From: Azolla caroliniana
Taxonomy: Eukaryota > Plantae > Polypodiophyta
Assembly: GCA_043228905.1 (NCBI GenBank)
Contig: JBHGNT010000018.1
Coordinates: 12,214,001 to 12,278,000, forward strand
Direction of reading: 5' to 3'
DNA: 64,000 bases
The notes under the pieces are model-generated. The model was not told where the DNA came from. It searched no databases and saw only the letters and a program-made list of their open reading frames with translations. Positions within the stretch are counted from its first letter, which is position 1, and the number at the start of each line of letters is the position of its first letter. Both the position numbers and the translations under genes were made by a program. Shown here piece after piece: positions 36,136 to 47,852 of this stretch.

Positions 36136-37111
36136 AATGTACCCGGAGAGAGATCCGGATGCGGGGACATATTTGTGAATATGTTTGCCAAGGGCTCTTG
36201 AGGCTATATTTGTAAATAGCCCGAAAGTCATATGTGTATAAATATGACTTAGGGAAAACAGTTTTGTTGTTGTTGCTCATTTTCTGTTTTCCACTAAGAG
36301 GGAGCGAAGTGAGAGCAGCCGAGAGAGAGAGTGAGCAAGAGAGAAAGGAAGAGGTCGACGCCTCTGTGTAATACCGCCGCCTGTGGCGAGGACAGCGAGC
36401 TCAAGGTCGTCGCCTTGCAGCTCACCATTGTACATTTCCTGCGTATAGTGATAGTTGGAGTCTTGCACTCCCGTGGTTTTTCCCGTCTAGGGTTTTCCAC
36501 GCTAAACCCTGTGCATTCGAGTCTCTCTCTGTGTTATCGATTTACTGCTGCATTGATTCGTGTTTCCTCGGTTGTGGCCGGGAGGTGAAGGTATTGGAAA
36601 GCGCCAATTTCTAACATATTGTTGACCAATAAGGGGGAGCCAGAAAGCTTAGAAGAAGCAAAGAAAGACAACCACAACCACAAGTGGTTCAGTGCCATGC
36701 AGGACAAGATGGATTCCCTGCATGATAGCCACACGTATGAACTAGCCGAAAGGAAAGAGGGCACTTCGGAAGAAGTGGGTGTACAAGCTAAAATTGGGAG
36801 ATGCCGGAAACCCACCGAGATACAAAGTGCGGATTGTGGTGAAGGGGTTCCAACGAAAGAAAGGAGTGGATTTCGATGAGATCTTTGCCCCGGTAGTTAA
36901 GATGACTTCCATCCAAACTGTATTGAGCATAATGGCAAGCATGGACCTCGACGTAGAGCAACTGGATGTGAAGACGACATTCCTCCATGGTGACCTCGAA
37001 GAGGAGATCTACATGTAGCAGCCAAGAGGATTTGTGAAGAAAGGGAAAGAGCATTTGGTGTGCCAGTTGAAGAAGAGCCTATACGGACTGAAGCAAGCTC
37101 CCCGACTATGG

Positions 37112-40100
37112 TGATGAGGAATTGATGCAGAATATGAATCACAATGAGCACAATGCTGAAATACGAATTACAGAAATGCCAGAAAGACAAGATAAACAAG
37201 AGTGCACAGAGATTTATGTGGAAACCCTAAAACGGGAGAACACCACGGGAACAAAATCTTAACTATGGATAGTGGATATACAATACAGAGACGATTACAA
37301 CACTCTGTCGAGTGTATCAGCCACACAGGGCTCTTCGCATCTGTTGTTACTCACACAGCTATGGCGCGGCTCACACATGCACTCTCTATCTCTCTCTTTC
37401 GCTATACCGCGCACTACAACTTCTGTACACATCATAAAGTTTGCCCTAGTTGCATATATACTTACACAACTTTCTATCTATTTACATACCTAGCCCACGT
37501 TGAGCGCACACTCAGACTATTTACAAGTATAGTCTCCCGAGTTGGCTATTTACACGATTCCGGTCTCATCAACTCGGCTCCTCGATTGTCGGCTTTCAGG
37601 ACGGTGAGATCTTCCTCCCACTGGAGGGACATATCCCAACAAACTCCCCCTTCACTCCTGTGGGAGGAAATCTGTCAGTCCTGTATTCTCTCCACAAACT
37701 CTGAGTCTGTCCATAGGCAGGTTCTTCGTCAGCATGTCGGATCCATTTTCGTCAATATGGATCTTCTCAAGAGCAAATTCTCCTTCTTCGACTCTCTCTC
37801 GTAACCAGTGATACCTTCTCTGTATGTGCTTGGTCTGGGAGTGATATGCCGCGTTCTATGCTAGGTGTATGGCGCTTTGGCTGTCACAATGAAGCAGGAA
37901 CTCCTTTTGCTTCATGCCTAATTTGGTGAGAAAATTTCTCATCCAGATCAGCTCTTTTCCGGCTTCTACCACTGCCATATACTCTGCCTCTGCAGTCAAC
38001 AAGGCTACAAACTTTTGCAGTTGTGACTGCCATGACACTACTCCCTTTGCATGGGTCATCATGTACCCTGACGTGGATCGGCTCAAGTCGACATCTCCTG
38101 AGATGTCTAAATCGGTAAAACCTTCCAGTACAGGTTTTCCGACACCATACCTTAGGCACACCCCTGAGGTGCCCTTTAAGTACTTGAGTATCCACTTCAC
38201 TGTTGTCTAGTGTTCTCTCCCTGGATTACTCATATATCGGCTTACTGCTTCCACATCAAATGCTATGTCCGGTCTCGTATAGACCATAGCGTACATAAAA
38301 CTATCGACTGCTGAGGCATATGGTATCTTCCTCATCTCAGCCTTTTCCTTCTTCCCTTTTGGACATTGCTTCGCATTCAGTCTGCAATTTGTCGGCAACA
38401 TGGAGCCGACCGGCTTTGCATCGGACATGTTGAATCTCTCTAGGATCTTTGTCACATACTTTTGTTGTGACAACCATAGCACCTTCCGAGCTCTATCTCG
38501 GGTTATGTGCATTCCTAGGATTTGCTTTGCCGGTCCAAGGTTTTTCATGGCAAATGACTTGCCAAGAGCTTTCTTCAAGCTTCCAATCTTCCTTGCATCT
38601 TGACCGACTATCAACATATCATCAACATATAGCAAGAGAATCAAGAAATCTCCTTCCTCGTACCTTTTGACAAACACACAGTGATCGACCTGCGTTTTCT
38701 GGAACCGATGTTCCATCATGAAGGAATCAAATTTCTTGTACCATTGGTGTGGAGCTTGTTTCAATCCGTACAAGCTTTTCCTTAGTCGACACACCAGGTT
38801 CTCTTTCCCTTTCTCCTCAAAGCCTTCGGGTTGCTGCATGTAGATTTCTTCTTCTAGCTCCCCGTGCAGAAATGCGGTTTTGACATCCAACTGTTTGATC
38901 TCTAGATCCATGCTGGCCGCTATGCTCAAAATAGTTCGTATGGATGTCATCTTCACGACTGGTGTGAATATTTCATCAAAGTCGACACCCTTCCTCTGTT
39001 GGAAACCCTTCACCACTATGTGGCCTTTATACCTGGGCTCGTTGTCGACTTCTCCAGTCTTGACCCTGTAGACCCATTTATTCCTGAGTGCTCTCTTACC
39101 TTTCGGCAGCTCTACTAGGTTGTAAGTGTAATCCGCGTGGAAGGATTCCATTTCCTCTTGCATCGCGTTCAACCATTTTTCTCTGCTCTCGTCGGCAATG
39201 GCTTCTTAATAGCACTCCGGTTCACCGTCATCAGTCAAGAGGATGTATTGACTGGCATATGTAATCGGTGCCTTCCTTTCTCTGAGTGGGTACCTTTGTC
39301 CACTCACTATTGGCTCTCTTCCGGATGTCTCTGCCAACTTTTCTCTTTGCTCAGAATTCTGCTCATCAATCGGCATCTCCAGGTTGGACAACTCCAACTC
39401 ATATTCCTCAATTGACTTTAGCAGGTTTGCCAACTCTGACTCATAGTTTGTCGGTCTTTCCGAGTCGACCGACTTGGATTCGGCTCTGTCGGCCAGCTGT
39501 CTCCTTACAGCTGCCGGTGACAACACATTTGGCCTGAGTCGATAGTAGTCGAGGTTGACTGGGGAGTCGGTTCTGACTTCTGTTGCTTCCAGTCTTCAAT
39601 TCTCTTATCTTCAAGAAAGATGACATCCCGACTTCTCACTACCTTCTTATCAACTAAGTCCCACAACCTGTAGCCAAACTCATCTTCCGAGTATCCCATG
39701 AATATGCATGCTTTCGACTTGTTGTCGAGCTTTGACCTCTGATCCTTTGGTACATGCATATACGCCAAGCATCCAAACACCCTCAGGTGTTGGTAGGAGA
39801 CATCCTTCCCTGTCCACACCCTCTGTGGGACATCACGCTTTAGAGGTATCGAGGGAGACTTGTTGATCAGATAAACAACTGTGTACATCGCCTCAGCCCA
39901 ATAGGATTTCGGCAGTTTCGCATGAGAGAGCATGCTCCTCACTCTCTCCATGATCGTTCGATTCATCCTCTTTGCAATCCCGTTCAACTCTGGGGTCTTT
40001 GGTATTGTGTATTCAATTCGAATACCTTGGCACTTGCAATATTCTTCGAATTGCCCTTTGTACTCGCCACCATTGTCAGTTCGGACAACCTTCAGTTTCC

Positions 40101-42281
40101 GACTTGACTCTCTTTCAATTCTTGCCTGGAACTCCTTGAAAACAGACAATACTTCATCCTTCAACTTCAGTACGAAGGCCCATGTTTTCCGACTGTAGTC
40201 ATCAATAAACATTACAAAGTACTGTCCTCCTTGATGCGATGGGGCATCCACATAGCACACATCTGTGTGCACTAGTTCCAGTGCAGCTTCTCTTCTCCAC
40301 GGTGGTCTCGAGTGGAATGCCGCCCTGTTCTGCTTTCCGGCTAAGCAGTCGACACAATTCTTCAGGTGCACTCCCTTGACTTCTGGCAGAAGTTTTTGGT
40401 CAGCTAATATGTGCCTTCCCTTCTCACTCATGTGGCCTAGCCTCTTATGCCATATGTCCCCTGCCGAGTCAGCTTCCACGTTTACTTCCGATTTGCACAG
40501 TCGGGCATCCATCGTATATAATGTGCCTTCTTTCTGTGCTCGAGCCACTATAAGATTTCCACGGCAGAACTTCCACTTGCCATTCGGAAAACTACCACTG
40601 TAGCCTTCGTCGTCAAACCTTCTAGTCGATATCAGATTCAGTCTGATATTGGGGACGTGTCGAACATCCTTCAACGTCAGTCGACACCCTGTCGATGTCG
40701 TTAAGCATACACTTTCGACTCCGGTTATCTTGCACTCTCCACTATCACCCATCTTTACATAACCATGATCCCCAGCTATGTAAGTCGAGAAATACTCTCT
40801 CGACCGAGTAATATGGAAGGATGCACCGGAGTCGATCACTCACGTGCAATCTTCACTCGCAAGATTTGCACTCGTCTGTTCACAAATGAACAAGAGTTCT
40901 TCATTGCTCATAGCAATGGCTGAAGTGTTCTTTTCATCCGGAATTTTCCGAGTTTCAACATTATTTCTGACATTCTTGTCTTTTCTCATGTGTCGGTAGT
41001 CCTTCTGGAAGTGTCCAGGTTTTCCGCAATAAAAGCACACATGCTTACCTTTGGACTTCAATTTGGCGTGGGATTTGCCCGTTCGCTGTGGACTTCTTCT
41101 TCGCTGGTCTCTTCCTCTGTTTATATGTTGAGTCAGATTCAACTCCATTTGGGATAGGACTCCTTTGTCTTTCCTCCTTGCCTCCTCGTTTAAGATGCTT
41201 GTCTTCACCGTCTGTAAAGACAAGTTCTCTTCTTGACAGGAGGTGCTGAGAGTAACCACCAGGTTCTCCCAGCTTTCCGGCAAAGTACACATCAGCAAGA
41301 TGGCTTGCATTGCATCATCTAGGGGAAACTTGGTCGCAACAAGTTGATTTACATACCCCATATATGTGCTGATGTGTTCGACGATGCTCTCACCGTCTCT
41401 GTATTTCAGCCGTACGATTTTTCTTATTAGTGAGGTTCTGCTTAGTGCGTTTTTCCTCTCGTAAAGACCCGACAACTTCTGCCACATCTCATAAGCATTT
41501 GTGTCGTTCGCCACATGCTAAAGGACACTTACATCAACGCATTGTTGAATAGTGGCCACGACCTTTCTGTTTAGGAGCTTCCAGTCTGACTCCAATACCC
41601 CCTGCATATTTCTGCTCTGTCGACTGGCTCGTACAAGTCTTTTACTATGAGAAGGTCTTCCATCTTTATCTTCCAGTCTGGATAGTTCTGTGAGTTCAGA
41701 ACTATCATACCTAGGAAACCGCTAACACCTCCTTCCATGCTTGCACCTCAAGCTCTGATACCGGTTTGATGAGGAATCGGTGCGGAATATGAATCACAAT
41801 AAACAGACAATGCTGAAATACGAATTATAGAAATGCTAGAAAGACAAGATAAACAAGAGTGCACAGAGATTTACGTGGAAACCCTAAAACGGTAGAAAAC
41901 CACGGGAACAAAATCTTCACTATGGATAGTGGATATACAATACAAAGATGATTACAACACTCTGTCGAGTGTATCAGCCACATAGGGCCCTTTGCGTCTG
42001 TTGTTATTCACATAGCTATGGCGCGGCTCACACACGTACTCTCTGTCTCTCTCTCTGTGTCTCTCTTTCGCTATACCGTGCACTACAAGTTCTGTACATA
42101 TCATAAAGTTTGCCCTAGTTGCATATATACTTACACAACTTTCCGTCTATTTACATACCTAGCCCACATGGAGCGCACACTTAGACTATTTACAAGTATA
42201 GTCGCTCATCAACTCAGCTCCTCGATTGTCGGCTTTCCGGACGGTCGGATCTTCCTCCCACTAGAGGGACATATCCCAACA
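37112..42281 (-). mobile_element. Element F: full-length, decayed Copia inserted in the RT of B
   Basis: LTRs 37112-37641 and 41767-42281; TSD TATGG/AATGG; PBS at ~41752-41763; PPT at ~37644. Confidence 0.93.
37652..41738 (-). pseudogene. F polyprotein with stops and frameshifts
   Basis: CFYCGKPGH, IDSGASFH, RTDNGGEY, YVDDML. Confidence 0.93.
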
Positions 42282-42286
42282 AATGG

Positions 42287-43357
42287 TATTGGAAGCTCGA
42301 CTCCTTCATGACCGACCAAGGGTACCAGAAGACGTAGGCCGATCACTGTGTGTTTGGGAAGAAATTTGACGGAGGAGATTTCCTGATACTCCTCCTATAT
42401 GTGGATGATATGTTGATCGTCGGACGAGACCAAGTCAAGATACGGATGCTAAAAAAGGCTCTAAATCGAACCTTCTCAATGAAAGACTTGGGTGTGGCAA
42501 GACAGATATTGGGAATGCACATCATCCGGGACCAGTCGAAGAAGCTATTGTGGTTGTCACATGAGAAGTAGGTAACAAAGGTGCTTCAACAATTCAACAT
42601 GTCAGAGACCAAGCCGGTTGGATCGACACTTCCAGCAAACTGCAAGCTATCCGGAAAACAAAGCTAGAGGACAAAGGTGGAGAAGAAGGATATGATGAAG
42701 ATACTATATGCCTCTGTCGTCAGAAGCTTGATGTACGCGATGGTATATACCTGGCCGGATATTGGATATGCAGTCGGAGTGGTGAGCCGATTGATACGCA
42801 ATCTTGGAAGAGAGCACTGGAATGTGGTAAAGTGGGTACTCTAGTATTTGAAAGGAACCTCAAGTATGTGCGTCAGATTCGGCTCCGGTAAACCTCTCTT
42901 GGAAGGCTTCACCGATTCAGATATGTTGGTTGATGCAGATACCAACCAGTTTACATCCGGATATATGTCATCACTTATGCAGGGGGAGCTGTTTCGTGGC
43001 AGTCGAGGCTGCAGAAGACGGTTGCGTTGTCAACCACGGAGGCGGAGTACATGGCAACTGTGGAAACCGGCAAGGAGATAATCTGGATGAAGGACTTCAT
43101 AGAAGGAATACCAACTCTATTGTGACAGTCAAAGTGCCATCCACCTTGCGAGGAACACGACCTACCATTCCCGGACGAAACATATATACCGGAGGTACCA
43201 CTGGATCTGGGAGAGAGTAGAAGATCAAGAGTTCGTGCTGACGAAGATTCACACGGAGGAGAACGGGTTGGATATGCTGACCAAGGTGTTGACAACCGAC
43301 AAGCTAGACGTGTGCCGAAAGCGGACCGGGTTGACGAGATATCCCATGCCGGAGTGA
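42287..43357 (+). pseudogene. B RT end and RNase H
   Basis: LLLYVDDML, GFTDSDM; continues 36759-37111. Confidence 0.9.
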
Positions 43358-43367
43358 AGGGGGAGAT

Positions 43368-43830
43368 TGTTGGGAAGTTGGTCCCTCCGGATGGGATCCG
43401 GTTAGGAATGAAGAGGACCCGGTGAGAACGGGAAGAGAAGATATATTTGTAAATATGTTTTGAGTAAGCCTATTGAGGCTATATTTGTAAATAGTCCTAA
43501 GTTTATATGAGTATGAATATGACCTAGGGCAATCACAGAAGTGAGAGTGTTGTCATATTGCTGTATGTGCATAACTGTTGTATAGAGAGTGAGAGAGACA
43601 CAGATCGATACTCTGTTGCAACTGCCGGTTGGTGAAGATATAGAGCTTGAGGTCGATGCCTTTGAGTCTTTGATTGTACCATTTAGGGTTTCCACGTAAA
43701 CATCTTGTGTACTCTCTATTGTTCATGTGTGTACGTGTACTAATATCCAACCCCATTTTTGTGTTTAATTCTTAAAGAAGTGATTCAAGACTCAGTTGTG
43801 GCCGAGCAATATTCCGCGTTATTTCCTAGA
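43368..43830 (+). repeat. 3' LTR of B
   Basis: Follows the PPT; both ends match the split 5' LTR. Confidence 0.88.
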
Positions 43831-45630
43831 GGTTCCGAGGTGCGTAAACCGCACCTACATTCCCTGGCTAACGATTTCTTCGACTGACACCAGGTTCTTT
43901 GTGATTGTTGGAACATGTAGTATGTTAATTAGCTTTCCCTTTTGTCCAACATGGCTTAAGGGGACTTCTCGAACATGCACAATCGAGTGAGGGGTGTCGT
44001 CTCAGTTTCGACGATTCCCGGTTGTTTCGGTTTCTCCAAAAACGAGAACCACTCTTCGTGGCTCTTCATGTGGTTTGAGGCTCCGGAATCAACATACCAT
44101 ACTTCCTCTACGTTGGAAGTAGTCTTCTTCATCGAGTTAGCCTTGTGCTTCATCACAAACGTTGGCCCCTGTCCAGTTTTCCCGGTTCCGGATCCTTCCG
44201 ATCCTTCTACGTAGTGCTAGCTTTGCCGGTTTCCCTGTCCAGCCTTATCGTATCTAGATTTGTTCGAATCGGCACGCTTCTTCAAGCACTTGCTTTCTCT
44301 GTGGCCTTTCTTGCCACAATACCAACATTCTATGTCAAGCTTACCTTTCCGGTTTTTGGCGCCGTTTTGACTCCCCCTGCTTGTGGAGGATTCAGAACTG
44401 CTGCTGTTGGCCTCAATGCCTTTCTGTTCTTGCCAGTTGCCTCCATTGCGTGCCGACCCACCTTGTCCTCCACGCCCACAGGCCCGGTCCACCTCCGTGT
44501 ACAACATCTGGTTGTTCAATTGAGTGGTCCTCGACCCACTCGCATGGTTTTCTTCAACCATCAGCATCGATTGCAGGTTGAAGAAGGACAATGGCTTCTC
44601 CCGGGTGCAGATCGTTGTTCGGATTGGCATGTACCATTGTGCTAGACCACCAAGGTAGATTTTTACCCTTTCTTCTTCGTCCACTGTCACATTGAGGGAC
44701 CCAAGCGTGTCACAAATCTCCTTTATTTTGGTGGTGTACTCCTTAACGAACATATCTCTCTGCCGGAGTTACAACTTACGAGTTGTGGTACTTGCAATGA
44801 AAATCTTTCGAAGATTTTCCGAGGCCTCCTTCGGTGTTTTTGCATCCCTGATGTAGCCGAGCATCTGATCGTGCACACAGGATGCGAGGCAGTACAACAA
44901 TCTGCTCACTCCTTGTTCCCATGCCGGGAAGTCCTTGTGTGCTGTCTCCAGTGCTACATTGTTCCTTCCTTCCACATAGCTCCAGTAACCACACCCTAGT
45001 AGCTACTGGTGCATTCTATATGACTAGGATGCATAGTTGCTCTGGTGGATATTTTCTATGGGAAGCGAACTTGCCATGCCTCTGTCCATCTTGGTTCTCT
45101 TCTATTCTTCACCGGGTGTTAGTGTTTGTCTTCGAAAGCATCTGTCGGCTGGAGAGGAGTCTCAACCCTCGTGCTCTGATACTATGTGAAAGTTAATATT
45201 CAGAAGCGTATGACAAACCGGCTCAGTCGGATACCAACAAGATATAGAGAAGAAGGTTTAATGGAGGCCTTACACAGAGAATACATGGGAGAGGCAGAGA
45301 GAGAGCAGAACATAAACTCAATTAAAAAATAATAATCCTCTGTATACATAGAATGTTCTCAGAGAGAACTTTTATACAAGTCCATAAAGGATTGATAGAA
45401 GTACTGAAAGGTACTTCAATGCTCATACGAGTGACTAGTACTAACTCCCAAAACTATGTCTATGTACTAGGCTAGATCCGTAGGCCTCCAACTGCCTACC
45501 GGTTTCAATCCGATCCGGCTCTCCGATCCGGCCCCTAGTTCCGGATACCATGCGGACACCGATACGGCTCTTCGTTCCGGCTCTAGCTTATTCAGTTGAT
45601 TCAGATTTGGTTGAGCTTGCTCGCTCAACA
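43831..45630 (-). mobile_element. Copia A, right segment: protease, gag (ATG ~45089), PBS 45173-45184, 5' LTR 45185-45630
   Basis: WYVDSGASNHM, CWYCGKKGHRESKC, PBS TAGTATCAGAGC; LTR homologous to 62005-62456. Confidence 0.9.
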
Positions 45631-46679
45631 AGGTGGCAACAGGAAAGTGGAAGACCAAGCCAATGTGAGTGACAACTACAACATGGTTGTGATTGATCAA
45701 AGACATAGGGATTCCTCCACACCTATTCCGGAGATTTTGACAGTTGTGTATGAGAGCCAACATGAAACCGAAGAGATGGAAGGTGGTGGCGAGGTAGAGT
45801 TTGATGAAGATGAAGAAATTGGAAAGAAAGGAAGGATTGAAAGATGATATGGATGGAAGATGATCCGTCTGGAATTCCCATCTAAACGAAAGCCAAACCA
45901 GGCAGAAGTGAATTCGGCCGAAATCCGATCAGTCAAGCCTGACCCACATGGAAATCATTCCAATTGGAAGCCGATCGGACGAGACCAATCCGGAAAGAAG
46001 CTAATCTGACTCAATCGGTGGTTGAACTGATTGTGACTGGTATACACGAGGAAAAGAAAGCCAAGTCAGACCGAAACCGATCGGTCGAACTCAACCCGGA
46101 AGGGGGCCAACTCGGTTGAAACCAATCAACTGAGTCCGATCCGGCTGAATACGAATTGGAATGGAAGTCGATCTAGCCGAAAGCCGATAAGAGGAGACCG
46201 ATCCGGAAATGAGTCAACGTTGATAAAGACAAGGAAGAGGCCAAGCAAAGGCACTACCACAGATGACAAGGACCAAGCGGGGCAAGCCGATTTGAAGAGT
46301 GTTACCGAGGATGAGATCTCGACAAAGGAGGGCTCAAACATGAAGATCCTCAACTCTAACGTGAGATTATACAACAAAGGTGGACGAAGTGGGAAGCATG
46401 AAGTATGGCCACATAAGGATCTAGAGGGCACATGCACGATACATGAAGGGTTATGCTCAAGAGGAGCACAATGAGCCATGATAACCGGTCATGGCAATGC
46501 AAAGAGTGACCGAAGAATATGGTGGATCAGATGGCGACAATGGTTTGGCTGGAAGGAATGGACGTGCTCAAAATTGAGAGACAAAGTCCACAGAGTGGGA
46601 GAAATAGAGGGTATTAGGAATGACGGATACTAACAAACACCAGCAATTTCGGCACATACCGGAGGATCTGCGGGTTCGG

Positions 46680-47400
46680 AGGGGGCGAGTGTTGTAATGT
46701 AATTTGTACAGTACACAAAAACCGTATAAAATAACCGATTGAATAATATGAAGAAAAAGAAGAAAATATGTATTACATACATAGGGCAAGATTTAAACTT
46801 TATACCTCCATGTTAATAATTTAAAGGCTTACCATTATACTAACACATCATGAGTGTTTAAAAAATAGATATCCCACATAGAAAGGTTACTTCACACATA
46901 TTTTCTAAGGAAAAAACTTTAGTTAGAAGAAAAACACATGATAGAAAAAAACTACACATGCATATCTAGCGTGCATGAACACTATAGTTGATTAAAAACA
47001 CATGAGGTTAGAAAACTCATGATCACTTTTAGACGAAGCATGTTAGAGAAAGCATATAGTCTATAGATAGAAAAAGCATGGAGTCCATAGAAAAAACATG
47101 AATTGCTTAGCCTCTCCCATCACTATATAAGGATGAGAGTAAGATGTAAGTAGTGGGGGGAATATTTGGAAATTGAATATGATTCCAAATACCGATTAAT
47201 AAACTATACTCATGGGATTCACGAGGTTTCTATATCTTGTCTTTTAATCTAAATTCATATTCTTATCTAAATATTGATTAATGCACTATACTCATGTGAT
47301 TCATGAGTTTCCTATTTGTCTTTCTTATAATCTATTTATATTCTTATTAGCCTTAAAACTCTCCTCCTCCTAGTCCAAAACCTCAGCAGTTCCCACTTGA
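46680..47400 (+). repeat. Possible PPT plus AT-rich LTR-like sequence; right boundary unresolved
   Basis: AGGGGGCGAG then TGTTG at 46690; TATAA at ~47126; degenerate ~82-bp duplication at 47194/47276. Confidence 0.35.
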
Positions 47401-47409
47401 CTCAAGCAA

Positions 47410-47852
47410 TGATCTGACGCCGAAAGGCATGCCAACGGATATTAGTATTGATTATTAATTAGTTATAATTATAATAGGAACAGACGGATCCGGAATAGTT
47501 GTATCGATCCGCATCCAGACCGATTCGTAGCCGGTTGCCGATATGGCATCGTTTTCTTATCAGAACTGGAGGCCTATAAAAGGATCTAGAAAGCAATGTA
47601 ATGAACACGGAAGTAATGCAAGTTTGTTTTTGGAATTCAGTATTGCGTATCTTTTCTATGACCGTTTGTGCTTAGTTTAATATCCTACGTGTGTTAATCA
47701 ATTGGTCTATATTACCATTCCAGAACCGATCCGGAAATAGTCAGATTAGAATCATATATGTGCCAGTTAACATCCTACCCGTAACCACCCCTTTGGTGAA
47801 GTGATCCTAAAGGAAACCCTGTGTTTGTGGCTAGTCTGGCCCAGGATAAACA
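47410..47852 (+). repeat. Solo LTR related to the D family
   Basis: Shares CCGTAAYCACCC(C)TTTGGTGAAGTG and a similar 3' end with the D LTR; TG..CA; TATAAAA; no TSD found. Confidence 0.65.

Larger units (their letters stand above)
31150..36616 (+). mobile_element. Element E: full-length Copia
   Basis: LTRs 31150-31797 and 35913-36616; TSD TATTG; PBS TGGTATCAGAGC at 31801; PPT GAAGGGGGAG at 35901. Confidence 0.97.
30843..36758 (+). repeat. 444-bp duplicate of B 25695-26138, now split by E (30843-31149 plus 36622-36758)
   Basis: 307 + 137 = 444 bp; B's RT continues after 36758. Confidence 0.9.
7961..43830 (+). mobile_element. Element B: old Copia, host of C (with D), two LINEs, E and F
   Basis: 5' LTR 7961-7981 plus 23245-23507; PBS-like AGGTATTAGAGC at 23511; PPT GAAGGGGGAG; 3' LTR 43368-43830; TSD GGTCC/GGTTC; A's sequence rejoins across it. 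Confidence 0.85.
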
